Shown here: in pieces, positions 48,656-61,221 of the stretch
How positions within the stretch are numbered: the first letter of the stretch is position 1
How the letters are laid out: every line of letters starts with the position of its first letter
NCBI RefSeq assembly: GCF_018350175.1
Contig: NC_058383.1
Coordinates: forward strand, 12,092,001 to 12,156,000
Reading direction: 5' to 3'
DNA: 64,000 nt
Origin: Felis catus
Taxonomy: Eukaryota
Notes under the pieces: model-generated
Told to the model about the DNA's origin: nothing
The model's database searches: none
What the model saw: only the letters and a program-made list of their open reading frames with translations
Position numbers and translations under genes: made by a program

Positions 48656-49697
48656 TTTAAAATGCTGAAATCATACAGATAGGTTGTCTAATTAAAATGG
48701 AATTAAAGTCATAACAATAAAGTATCTAGAGAGCTCCATATATTAGAAAAACCAAACAAAATACTCCTAAATAATCTATGTCTCATAAAATCTAAAAAGA
48801 AAAGAGAAGTGTTTGGAGCTAAATACTAATTCAACATACAAAAAGTTTGGGAGATAGAGGTAAAGTTGTGTTTAGGGGGAATTGTATAACTTCAAATTCG
48901 TAGAGAAGATGGTCTAAATTCAGTTCTCCAAGCTTCTAACGTAAAACAAAAACAAAACAAAAACAAAAACAGACCAAAAAACCCCAGAAAATAATACCCC
49001 AGATAAGTAGATGAAAAGAATTAATAAAGATGGGCAAGAAGAAATCAGTCCCCATTTTTAAGGGACAAACAATAAAGAAATCGATGAAAGCCAAAGCTGA
49101 CCCTTTAAAAAATTTTTTGATAAAATTGAAAAGCTTCTACCTGATTGTTAAAAGAGAGACAAATGGAGAGAGAACACAAATTATTAATGTCGCAAACAAG
49201 ACAGATGTCACTACAGATCCTGCAACATAAAAAGAAAAATAAACATTATGAACAACTTTGTGCCAACGAATCCAACAACTTAGGTAAAGTAGACAAATCC
49301 CTTGATAAATACGAATTCCCAAAACTGACCCTGAAAGAGTTTGTGAACTTGACTAGCATTTTATACATATTTTTGAAATGTACTTCATAACTAAGAGCTT
49401 TTGGCAAGGAAACCTCCAGGTCCAGATGTGTTCACGGAGGAACGTGTTCCCTAGCAAATATGTACCAAAGAAATGTTTGCAATTCTATTCAAAATCTTTC
49501 AGAAAATAGTGGCATTATGTCTCAACTCATTTTGGGAGCCAGTGTTACGCTAACAAAACCAGACGAATATATCATAAGGAGACAATATACATCTACATAC
49601 ATCTGTCAAAACACTAAAAACCCTACAAAATTTTAGCACATGGGGTCTAGCAACATATAAAAGGATAATAAATTGTATTTATTTGTTTGTTTATATT

Positions 49698-49917
49698 TTT
49701 TTTTAATTTTTTTTCAACGTTTATTTATTTTTGGGACAGAGAGAGACAGAGCATGAACGGGGGAGGGGCAGAGAGAGAGGGAGACACAGAATCGGAAACA
49801 GGCTCCAGGCTCTGAGCCATCAGCCCAGAGCCCGACGCGGGGCTCGAACTCACGGACCGCGAGATCGTGACCTGGCTGAAGTCGGACGCTTAACCGACTG
49901 CGCCACCCAGGCGCCCC
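49698..49917 (-). mobile_element. Young feline CAN-SINE inserted into the tail of an older SINE
   Basis: Consensus-like body; perfect TSD TTGTTTGTTTATATT at 49683-49697 and 49918-49932. Confidence 0.97.
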
Positions 49918-50143
49918 TTGTTTGTTTATATTAGAGAGGGAGAGAGGGAACCTGTGAGCAGGGGAGAGGGGCCGAGGGAGGGAGAGAGAGAGAGAGAGAG
50001 AGAGAGACGGAGAGAGAGAGAATTCCAGGGAGGCCCCATGCTCAGTGCGGAGCCCTACACGGGGCCCCATTCCACAACTGTGGGATCACGGTCTGAGACA
50101 TCAAGAGTTGTACGCTCAACCGACTGAGCTACCCGGGGACCCC
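49918..50143 (-). mobile_element. Older CAN-SINE
   Basis: (GA)n tract and CGCTCAACCGACTGAGCTACCCGGGGACCCC head; tail continues at ~49670-49697. Confidence 0.88.
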
Positions 50144-51008
50144 TGAAAGGATAGTAAGTGTTGACCAAGAAAGGTTTATACCAGAATGTAAGGTTGGCGT
50201 GACAGCTGAAAATATCAGTTATCAGTAGAACAAAGGAGGAAAAGACACAATGGATGCAGAGAAAATGCTCAAAAAAGAAACAAAAACTCAGAAAGCTTGA
50301 ACTACGTGGAAATTCCCTCCATCTGGTAAAGGGCATCTATGAAAAACTCAGAGCTAGCATCATCCTCTGGTGAAGAACCGAACACTTTCTACTTAAAAAG
50401 CAGGAACGAGGCAAGGATGTGCATTACCATCACTTCTATACTGCATCGTGTTAAATGAACCACTGAGGTTGGCCAGGAAAACATTTGTTAAGCACTCAAC
50501 TTGGAAAGAAAGGAGCAAATCTGTATTGGACATGACATGACCATGCGCCTTAAAAATCGTAAAACGATCGACAAAAAGCTGCTAAGAACGAATACATGAC
50601 TTTACAAAGTTTCCAAGATAAAAATATAAAAATTGTGTTTCTATATACCGTCGATGAATGATTGGAATGTGAAATAAAAGTCAACATACAACGAGAGGCA
50701 AGCGATAAATCAGATACTTATGAATAAATGTTACGGAAAGTGTGCAGACATTTATACTAAAACGTTCAAAACAATTGTTGAGGCGAATTAAAGAAAGCCT
50801 AAGTAATCTAAATAATGGAAAAACATATGACACGGATGGCTTCAAGAGTTCAAACATTGCTGATATCACGATTCTTCCCAAATGAGTCTGTATAGTCAAA
50901 ATAATCTTCATCAAAATAACAAACTCTTTTGAAGAATTGACAAGGTGATTCAAAAATTTATATGGGAGGTCTAAAGGCTTGCAGTTGTCCAAAGAATTTG
51001 GCTTACAT

Positions 51009-51120
51009 GGGGCACCTGGCTGGCTCAGTTCAAAGAGCATGCGACTCTTGATCTTGGGGTCATGAGTTCGAACCCTGTGTTGGGTGTGAGATTACCTAAA
51101 TAAATAAACACATTAAAAAA
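51009..51120 (+). mobile_element. Short-type CAN-SINE
   Basis: GGGGCACCTGGCTGGCTCAG...GAGTTCGAACCC; TSD AAAGAATTTG(G/A)CTTACAT at 50991-51008 and 51121-51138. Confidence 0.92.
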
Positions 51121-51754
51121 AAAGAATTTGACTTACATTTCCTAATTTTAATACTTATTACAACTGTCATCATAAGCGTAGAGAACTAGCAAGGGGGTAG
51201 ACCTCAAGATCAATAGGGCAGAGTCAAGAAGACCCACATGGATATGGTCAGTTGATTTCTAATGAAGGACTAAGATCATTCAGTGGGGAATATTTAGAAT
51301 TTTCAATAAGTGTTGCTAGAATAATTGGATAATAGCATTAAAAAAATGAACCTACCACACATCATAAAATAACTTGATTCAAACTGGATCACAGACCAAA
51401 ACATTAGACACAAAACAATAATTTCTAGGAGGAAAACACAATATGAAATTTTTATGACACTGGGTTGAGCAAAAATTTCTTTAAAAAGATTCAAAAGCAT
51501 GGGAAAACTGATAAAATGGCCACCATCACAATTAAGAACATTTGCTCTTTAAAAAGACACAGTTAAAAGCACAAAGATACATATTTACCATATCTAACAT
51601 ACCAGAGATTTAGTATATCTGACAAAGACATATCTTTGTATCTATCTATCCTTACTCATATATATGTATGTGTGTATATCTGCATATATATATACATATA
51701 TATATACACAAACATTTTTATATATACATCTTTATATATCTACAGCTTAAAAAG

Positions 51755-51965
51755 GTTTTAACATTGATTTATTTTTGAGAGAGAGAGAGACAGACAGAGT
51801 GTGAGCAGGGGAGGAGTAGAGACAGAGGGAGACACAGAATCTGAAGTAGGCTCCAGGCTCTGAGCTGTCACCACAGAGCCTGATGCGAGCTTGAACTCAC
51901 GACCCACAAGATCATGACCTGAGCCGAAGTCGGACACTTAATGGACTGAGCCACCCAGTCTCCCC
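51755..51965 (-). mobile_element. CAN-SINE within a (TA)n/(CA)n tract
   Basis: Full reverse-complement body. Confidence 0.93.
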
Positions 51966-52642
51966 TACATCTTTAATACATATATATCTTTATAAAAATA
52001 CACACACACACACACACACGGCAAAGATCATATATCCAAATTATTAAAAATAAGTCTTACAAGTTAATCAAGTCCAAGAAAAAACATTCACATTTTTTAA
52101 ACAGACTCTTTACAAAACAGAATATACGAATAGCAACAAAGGTCATGCATGAAAAGATGCTCACCATCACCGCTCATTAGGGAAATGCCAACTAAAACTA
52201 ATAGGAGATTCCACTACTCGTCTACTAAGATGGCTAATGTTAAAAACTATTAGCTATGCTAAAAGTTGGTAAGAATGTGGAGTAATGGAATCTTCCTCCA
52301 GTTCTGGTAAGCAAGTGAAATGCTGCAGCCACTTTGGACAACAGTCAAGTGGCTTCATATAAAGCTGAACATAAACTTACCATCGCTAAGCAAAACCACC
52401 GGAAAATGAAGGATGACTCAAATAAATAAAACCAGAATGTCCACCCAAAGACTTGACGTGGATGTTCATCGCAGCTTTGTTGATAAGGGTCAGCTATTTG
52501 AAACACCCAACACGTCACCAACAATACATAAACAAATTATTATCTATCTGTACAATGGAATACTACTGAGTGATAAAAAGGAGTGAAATACACAGTGCCA
52601 TGGAACAATATTAAAAACATTATAAGAGAAAGTCAAACAATT

Positions 52643-52840
52643 GGGGTGCTTGGGTGGCTCAGTCAGTTGAGCGTCCGACTCTTGATTTTGGCTCAGGTCA
52701 TGATCCCAGCCAGGGTCGTGGGATCAAGCCCTGCGTTGGGCTCCATGGTGAGCCTGAAGCCTGCTTAAGATTCTCTCTCTCTCCTTCTGTCCCTCCCTCT
52801 CTAAGAAAAATTAAATAAAATTTTAAAAAATTAAAAAAAA
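52643..52840 (+). mobile_element. CAN-SINE
   Basis: GGGGTGCTTGGGTGGCTCAGTCAG...A-rich tail. Confidence 0.92.
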
Positions 52841-53127
52841 AAGACAAAGACAAAATGCCACTATATGGTACAATTTACACGGAAGTCTGGTAAAGACAAT
52901 ACTCTAGTGACAGAAATCCCATCAGCGGTTGGACTCGTGCCAGGAGTCAGATTAGGGAATCAACTGCAAATGAATGGGAAAGCTCTGTACCACGCTTTTG
53001 GACCCGAAAGAAACGTTCGACGCCTGGATTGTTTTGGTTGTGTAGACAATCGCTAAAACTCATCCCTGTTCATTCAAAATAGGTGACTTTTACTGTGTAT
53101 AAATTATGTCTCAATAAAGCCAGGGAT

Positions 53128-53340
53128 GGGGCGCCTGAGTGGCGCAGTCGGTTAGGCGTCCGACTTCAGCCAGGTCACGATCTCGCGGTCTGGGAGTTCG
53201 AGCCCCGCGTCGGGCTCTGGGCTGATGGCTCGGAGCCTGGAGCCTGTTTCTGATTCTGCGTCTCCCTCTCTCTCTGCCCCTCCCCCGTTCATGCTCTGTC
53301 TCTCTCTGTCCCAAAAATAAATAAACGTTGAAAAAAAAAA
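53128..53340 (+). mobile_element. Young feline CAN-SINE without recognisable TSD
   Basis: Young diagnostic GGCGCAG/CTTCAGCCAGGTCACG body; flanks share only AAAG. Confidence 0.96.
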
Positions 53341-53613
53341 GTTTCATACAAACTTGATAGTTAATATCTTCCCTAATATTTCCTCCTTTCTCTCTTAATC
53401 ACGTTTAATGTCAGGAAAATAAAATGAATTTTTTCTTAGCCACCTATGGGCATCCTCACATCCCTCCAGTTTACCCAAGTGTCCTGAGCGATTACTGTCA
53501 TTTTCTACAGGTGCTAGAATGTGAACACGTGTTCTACTATGACATGAATTCCCAATGAAACTGACTAAAGTAGGGCTCAAAAAAGGGTTTGATTCAAAAT
53601 GGCATTTTCTTTT

Positions 53614-53673
53614 CGGGATGAGCACTGGGTGTTGTATGGAAACCAATTTGACAATAAATTTCATATATTTAAA
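53614..53673 (+). mobile_element. Very short (~60 bp) feline L1 3' terminus
   Basis: GGGATGAGCACTGGGTGTTGTATGGAAACCAATTTGACAATAAATTTCATA; flanked by AAAATGGCATT repeats. Confidence 0.88.
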
Positions 53674-54937
53674 AAAATGGCATTCCCCCCCCCCCCCCTT
53701 TATCATCTGAGCATTTTAAGTATAAAGCTCAGTGACGTGTAGTAGGTTCCTCGTTGTGAATCATCATGGCCATAGAGTTCCAGAATATTTTCATCACTCT
53801 AGGAGGAGACCCTGTACCCTTGAAGGCTTTTTTATTTCTGAGCTTCACGCTCTTGAATTTTCAGATCACTTGGGTCCTCTCGTTCTCTACCCAGAACCAC
53901 AAGCAAACAAATGCGCTCTGGTTCCTGTGCGGGGACTCGTGTTCAGAACGTGAAAACAACTCTTTGCAAATGTTGTTCACACCTCAGCCAAAAAGATGCT
54001 GCACACCCAGGAAGGGGGAGGCGTTCAGTATCTTCTCCAAGATGGCAGTTTCCTCAGGCTCAAAGACTGCCAGGCCACCCTTCGCCAAGTCCTGTCGCGA
54101 GCCAAACTTCTAACGCCGCGGCCTGCTTCTGGATCCCTTAGTGAAGAAACCGCGGTATCATGGACTCAAATCCACTCTGGTGAATGTAGGTGATAAAGGG
54201 ATTCAGGGAGAAGAATTGGAGTGGTTGGGGGTCGCCAAATCAAACAGCAGATAAACCGGGCCTGAGGAAGGGCCAGAATCATAGCGTTTCGGGGGATTTC
54301 ATGATGGGATCTCTTATCGATGCTGGGTGATACCATGGCAATGCCTCAATTCAGGTATATCCAGACACCGCTCCACCCCCCCGAGGTCTCGTCCCAGGAG
54401 AACCTGACTGGCTTCACCTGACCCCTTGCCGAACCCTTGGCCACACGAGTGGAGGAACACGGCCAACTGGTCTACCGGGCCCTGAGGGAATGAAGAAGGA
54501 GTGCTTTGCCAAAGAAAAGGGGTCAGGTACTGGATGCCTGGTATTACACCGCATAGAGTTGGTATCCAGTTAACCACGGATGGCTATCACCGTGTGTGCA
54601 CAAGCAATTACTAGCCAGGCCAGCCACGATCCGGGTCCAGGGAAGAGAGGGGATGCACTTCCAGCCGTGACTTTGAGCATTAACAGCCCAGCTGAGCGGG
54701 CAAGGAGGTAGGGCAGCAGGCTCTGGGCACTTGTAATGACAAGAAACTAAGGCTGAGGAGAGAAGAGTGGAAATGGTATAGAGTAGAAGAGGTAGCAAAT
54801 GGGCTTTGAAATCAGGCCGACTTTGGATTGCTTTCAACCCTTCCTTTGCCTACCCATAGGAACCACACTGAATTATTTAATCGCTCTGTGATGCCTATTA
54901 CCGTTGTTACTCCGAATCACCAGAACTATGCAGCGAT

Positions 54938-55044
54938 GGGGGCATCCGGGTGGCTCAGTCAATTAAGCATCCGACCCCCATTTCAGCTCAGGTCGTGATC
55001 TCACGGTCGTGGGAGTGAGTCCCGCATCAGGATCCATGCAGAGC
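54938..55044 (+). mobile_element. 3'-truncated CAN-SINE
   Basis: Head and core present; (CT)n region and tail absent. Confidence 0.85.
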
Positions 55045-56139
55045 TCCTTTGGAAGGTTGGAGAAGAAACTGCAACTTCTACTTACAGGAGCTGTACCTTC
55101 CAACATAACGAAAGGAGACGCGCCGTTCTCCAAGCCCATATGCGCTATTTTTCTTCTCAGAACAGCACAAAATTGCCATTTGGATGGCAGCGTCGATAAT
55201 TATTTGATGCGGGTAGAACGCGTCGCCTTCGTTGAGAAGCCAACAGGAAGTAATCCCCTGGTGCACAATACAAGCCTCATGGGCACAGTAACACAGCTGA
55301 TTGACTGCGCTGTGGATACAGACCCCCCACCACTCACCCGTGGCAGACAAGTAGGATAAAATGGAATTTAATGCCTGGCACTGGCCCTGCGCGTGTGTAA
55401 ATACGGCCTCGGTGGGAATCAATTAAAGGGGGGGGGGGTCTCGAAACCAGGAGAGGGGCGGGTACAGGAGGGAGGGAGAAAAGAAGGGAGAATTTGGGGA
55501 GAAGTCATTTGCTTTTTATCTCCTGAAAAGCAGAAATTCTCTTTGGCAGATGGATATATCTTGGAGGAGTCAGAATGAGAAAATAAATTACTTAATAAAT
55601 TACTTAAGTGGACTGTTCTTGGGAGATAAACGTTTTCGAGACATGATTTCTGCAGCGGAAAATCACAAAACAGTGTTCTTGATGGACCGCTGGTACAGAT
55701 CTCCGTGCTCACGTTTCGTGCCGGGACAATACATCAGAAAATTCTCTTGTTTCCAAAAGAGTTTCCCTGTATCCTGATCTTGCTCCCTTAGGGCCCCATT
55801 CTTCTTGCGGGTCCCTAATTTATTTCTAAGTGCCCGATGTGGCCAGGTCATTTCCAATGGCCGAGGAGACCTGATTGTTGCCGGCTCTGCATACATTTTT
55901 CTCTTTGGTACTTACCATTCTAGAGTGCCACATCTTAAAGTCCTGTGCCCTGCTAGTTAATCTGATAAACACCAGGAAGATATCAGGAGGACGCCATAAA
56001 ATCCAGCCAGTCTCTGAGATCACATGTCCTTCCTCCACTATTGTTATTCAAACTATGCCAGGAGCCCCGGAGCCCCTGAAAATGAAATGGAGGCATCATC
56101 TCATGAGGAAGGACCAGGGTCCATGCTCAGGAGATGAGT

Positions 56140-56400
56140 ACTATTATTAACACTGAGCTCAGACCATGTCCCAGGATGGTGATGATGGTTTTTTTTTTTT
56201 TTTTTTCACGTAACCTCTCCCGCGATACTGTGAAAGATGCCCATTTAGCTGGGGATGAAACTGAGATTCTTGGAGAATAAGCACATCTGGGCACGATTAG
56301 ACAGAAGAAATAGGCAGGATTAGAACTCAGTTTCAAATTACTAATCTCACCCCAGGTGTTCGTCCACTACACTTTCTCACATCTGGGTCACCTTGCAAAA
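56140..56400 (-). mobile_element. MIR
   Basis: CACTGAGCTCAGACCATGTCCCAGG...CCCATTTAGCTGGGGATGAAACTGAG...GCAGGATTAGAACTCAG. Confidence 0.6.
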
Positions 56401-56979
56401 GGTGACTATCGGAGGAAACACTAATACCTAAAGGATGGCTTGTGTGGGTCCTGGAAAAGCATGGGCGTGAATTCCAATTGCAGATGGAAGTCATGACCTT
56501 TCCTGACAGATATTTTCTCCAAAGCATGTTTGTTTACATTTGGATCCAAGAGCATGATTGCCCCCGTTTTAGCATCTAACCCTTCCTAATTAATAATAAC
56601 ATCAGCAACAGGGCCTTACACGGGAACATCTTTGTAACACTTTCCAGATACACTTATGCCATCATTTTTAACACCTAAAATTCTTTTAAGGCAAGAGGGG
56701 AAAATATTATTGTGCCTGCGTTGCTGATAAATCAACGGGTGCCCCAGGCACGCTATGAATTCAAGAGAAAGCATTTAAAGCAGGTTTTCCATCTGATGGT
56801 ATAATGCTTTGAAAAAAGCTGAACCATGTGTACCTTGAGGAAAGGAAATGCTTAATGAAAACTTAATGTTAAATGGAAGACAGATGCTATTAGAAGGGGA
56901 GCAGGACATAGTGGTGTCATTTATTCCATCTCTTAGCTTTCCCACAGTGCCTCTGTATCTTCAAAATAATAGTTAATTT

Positions 56980-57198
56980 GGGGCGCCTGGGTGGCTCAGT
57001 CGGTTGAACGTCTGACTTCGGCTCAGGTCAAGATCTCGCGGTCCGTGAGTTCGAGCCCCGCGTCGGGCTCTGTGCTGACAGCTCAGAGCCCGGAGCCTGT
57101 TTCAGATTCTGTGTCTCCTTCTCTCTCTGACCCCGCCCCCCCATTCATGCTCTGTCTCTCTCTGTCTCAAAAATAAATAAACATTAAAAAATAATAAT
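56980..57198 (+). mobile_element. Feline CAN-SINE
   Basis: Full body; TSD AATAATAGTTAATT. Confidence 0.95.
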
Positions 57199-58109
57199 AA
57201 TAATAGTTAATTCATAGGACACATAAAAAAACTCTCCAACTCAGTAAAAAGAAAATCCACACAATCTAGAAGAGATGTCCCTTCTAAAAAGTGGTTAAAA
57301 GTAAGAAATTGGAAAACACAGTTTATGCACTCACTTATTTCACAAATTTTTAGCAACTGAGACTAGATCAGAGGTTGCACACCGTGAAGGGACTAGATTT
57401 CACCAAAATAGTCCAGTCATGTCACAAAAACAATAAATACACAAAGAACAAAACTAGCGAACCCTGAAAAGGAGGTGAGGATATTTGTATTTGTATTTGT
57501 GGCTATAATATAGTATCTAAAGTGTCCAGCTTTGATTAAGAAACATTATGAGACTTGCAAAGAAGAAGGAAAGCGTGACCCATACATTGGGGGTGGGGAA
57601 AGCAGGTAACAGAATTAGCCTTTGAGAGGTCCCAGGTATTGGGTTAACAGGCAAAGATTTAAAGCAGCTGTTATAAATATGTTCAAAGAACTGAAGGAAA
57701 CCATGCTTAAATGGGTAAAGGAAGGCATGATGACAGTAGCTCATCAAACAAAAATATCAATAAAGAAAGAGAAAAAAGACTTAAAGAAGTAATGGATGAA
57801 GACTTACAACATTTGAAGGAAGCCATTATTCTACACAAACAACTCAGTGAGCTCTAAGTAGGATGACACCCAAGTGATCTGCACTCATATCACAGTAAAA
57901 ATGCTGAAAGACAAAAACAAAGAGAAAATCTTGACTTTTTACTGTCATAGTAAAAAAACAGATGAGCAGATAGAGCTACGGGGGCGTAACATTTCTACAA
58001 AGCACTGGAATTGTTAATATAAATATGAAGCACATTCTGATAAGTTAAAAAGTATACTGCTGGACTTTGAACAGCCATTAAACATGTGTCATTTAAAAAT
58101 TATCAAAGG

Positions 58110-58334
58110 GGGGCGCCTGGGTGGCACAGTCGGTTAAGCGTCCGACTTCAGCTCAGGTCACGATCTCACGGTCCGTGAGTTTGAGCCCCGCGTCGGGCTC
58201 TGGGCTGATGGCTCAGAGCCTGAAGCCTGCTTCCGATTCTGTGTCTCCTTCTCTCTCTGCCCCTCCCCCCTTCATGCTCTGTCTCTCTCTGTCTCAAAAA
58301 TAAATAAATTTTAAAAAACGTTAAAAAAGATTTT
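58110..58334 (+). mobile_element. Feline CAN-SINE
   Basis: TSD AAAAATTATCAAAGG at 58095-58109 and 58335-58349. Confidence 0.96.
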
Positions 58335-59377
58335 AAAAATTATCAAAGGAAGTTGAATGGAACTCTAGGAAATATTCACTTAATGGAAATGAAAGCCCTG
58401 AAGAAGAGATAAATGAAGAAGAGACATAAGACATATAGAAAGCAAAAGCTACAGGGGAAGACATAAATCAAACTGTATTATTAATAACACTAAACATAAC
58501 TGAGTTAAATAACCCAATGTAAATGCAGAGATTGTCAGAGCGACTAAACAAATGAGATCCAACAATATGCGGCCTATAGGCTACACGCTTTAGATTCAGA
58601 GATACAAAAAGGTTACAAGTTAAGGTACAGAATAAAAGATACATCATTCGAACAACCGTCATAGATAGCTGGAGGAGCTATTAGAATAGCAGACAAACGT
58701 GAACCCATCGGGAAGATATAACGATTATAAATACATATGCGCCAAACGACTGAGCCCCCAAATACTTGAAGTAAAACTGACAGAGTTGAAGGGAGAGATA
58801 GATAATTCAACATTAATAGTTGGATACATCAATAGTCCCATTTTCAGTATTGGCTACAACAACTAGGCAGAAGACCAACAAGAAAATAGAAAGACTTGAG
58901 CAACACTATAAACCAACTAGACCTAACAGACGTGTAGAACATTCTATCTGTCAACCGAAGAATACACATTCTTTATCAGTGTACATGGAAAATGCCCCAA
59001 GATAGACCATATATGCTGGGCCACAAATCAAGCCCTCAATCAATTTAGAAGGATTCAAATTGTCTCCAGTATGTTCTCCAATCAAAATTGAATTAGAAAT
59101 TAACAACCTTAAGAAATCGGAGGAGTTTATAAACATGTGCGAATTAAACAACACTCTCTAAATGGGTCAAAGAAGAAATCGTAAGAAAAATTACAGAATA
59201 CTTTGAGATGAATGAACATAAAGACACAATGTACCAATATTTATTGGATGAAGACAAAGCAGTGCTCAGTTAGAAAGAGATGGAGAGCTATAAATGTGTA
59301 CATTGCAGAAGACTAAAATTCTCAAATAAATAACCAGATCTAAAATATGACACTGGACCGAAAAAAAAAAAAACCTA

Positions 59378-59418
59378 CTAAACTAAACTAAACTAAACTA
59401 AACTAAACTAAACTAAAC
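59378..59418. repeat. (CTAAA)n pentanucleotide microsatellite
   Basis: About 8 units following a poly-A run. Confidence 0.95.
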
Positions 59419-59964
59419 CCAATCAATGCAAGCAGAAGAAAGGAAAGAAACAAAACCAAACGCTGACTCTTAAAAGATCAACAAAATTGAAGTCTTTAAA
59501 GAGTGACCGAGAAAAAAAATGGGCAGACAAAAATCAGGAATGAAGGAGAAGTTGTAACTACTTACTTTACAGAAATAAAATGTGAATTTGTGTGTGGCCC
59601 CCAAAATGAGATATCCTAGATGAAATGGTGGGAGCAAGGGGGAATGTCTAGAAAGACACAAACTAACAAAACTCTCAAGGATAAAAGAAAATCTTAACAG
59701 TCTTAGAACAAGTAAAGGTAATTGAGTAACCAACTTTCCAGAAAGAAAGTCGAAATTCCCTGGTGGAGTCTACCAAATGTTTAAAGAAGAATTAATACCA
59801 ATCCCTCACAGGCTCTTTCAAAAAGTAGAATAGGAAAGAAGAAACTCCTCGACAAAAATCCTCTCACGTTGTACTAAAATGATTGTACAACACAACCCAG
59901 GGGGACATCATCAGAATGAAACCTTATGTGCTACAAAGGATTCCATCAAGAGAGTGGGGACAAA

Positions 59965-60431
59965 TCTTTTACCTCTTTGGTTAGGTTTATTCCTTGGTAT
60001 TTTCTGGTTCTTGCAATTGTACCTGGGATCGATTCTTTGATATCTCTTTCTGTTGCTTCATTATTGGTGTGTAGTAATGCAACCGATTTCTGTACACTGA
60101 TTTTATATCCTGTGACTTTGCTCTTATGTGTTCACCCATTTGTGGAATATGAGAAACGTAACAGAAGACCATGGAGGAAGGGAAGGGAAAAAAAATAGTT
60201 ACAGAGAGAGAGGCAAACCGTAAGAGCGTCTTAAATACAGAGAACAAACTGAGGATTGATGGGAGAGGGCAGGGGGAGGGGAAAATGGGTGATGGGCATT
60301 GAGGAGGGCACTTGTTGGGATGAACATTGGGTGTCATATGTAAGTGACAAATCATGGGAATCTACCCCCAAAGCCAAGAGCAACCTGTATACACCGTACG
60401 TTAGCTAACTCGACAGTAAGTTATATTTAAA
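59965..60431 (+). mobile_element. Carnivore L1 with 5' inversion (59965-60122 minus, 60123-60431 plus)
   Basis: Minus piece encodes [53 protein letters not shown] (ORF2); plus piece is the ORF2 end and 3' UTR; TSD 13/17 match at 59948-59964 and 60432-60448. Confidence 0.88.
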
Positions 60432-60980
60432 AAGAAAGTGAAAACAAACTGTAAATGCGAGAAATATTTGCAAATTGTATGTCTGATAAGGAACTTGTAC
60501 CTGGAATATCAAAAGAACGCCCACAACTCAATACTAAAGAAGCAAACAGTCCAAATGAAAAATGGGCAAAAACTTGCAGAAACGTTTCTTCAGAGCAGAT
60601 GCAAAATAGTCAATAGGTGCATGAAGGGATACGTAACGATCATTCACCGTCAAGGAAATGCAAATCAAAATCACAGGGAGATACCAGTCCATACCCACTA
60701 GGCAGGCTATGATCAAAAACACAGAGAATAGCAAGTGTGGGTGAGGATGCGGTGAAATCGGAGTCGGTGTTTGATGAAACGTTGCTGGCGGGAATGTAAA
60801 AAAAATGCAGGCACTGGGAACCAGTCTGGTAGTTTCTCAAAAGCGTAAGCATCGTGTTACCATATGACTACTCCTAGGTGCACACTCAAAAGAAACAAGA
60901 ACATACGTCTATATAAAAACATGTGCGCGAATGTGCGTTCCAGCATTGTTCACAATACAAGTCAAAAAGTGGAAACAACC

Positions 60981-61221
60981 GGGCGCCTGAGTGGCTCAGT
61001 TGGTTGAGCGTCTGACTTTGGCTCAGGTCACGATCTCGCGGTCTGTGAGTTCAAGCCCCGCGTCGGGCTCTGTGCTGATGGCTCAGAGCCTGGAGCCTGC
61101 TTCGGATTCTGTATCTCCCTCTCTCTCTGACCCTCCCCCGCGCACGCTCTGTCTCTCTCTCTCTGTCAAAAATAAATAAAACATTAAAAAAAATTTTTTT
61201 TAAATAATATTAAAAAAATTA
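60981..61221 (+). mobile_element. Feline CAN-SINE
   Basis: Perfect TSD AAAAAGTGGAAACAACC at 60964-60980 and 61222-61238. Confidence 0.96.

Larger units (their letters stand above)
47540..53120 (+). mobile_element. Long decayed L1M (5'/ORF1 region, ORF2, 3' UTR) with multiple nested insertions
   Basis: ORF2-like motifs (CACTACAGATCCTGCA, CCTCCAGGTCCAGATG, CAGGAACGAGGCAAGGATG, CATTAGGGAAATGC) and 3' end AAATTATGTCTCAATAAAGC; no open frame. Confidence 0.85.

Noticed and set aside
55009..55422. Overlapping 116-aa and 114-aa ORFs on opposite strands
   Set aside because: Non-ATG starts, one begins inside a SINE, and no known homology is recognised.
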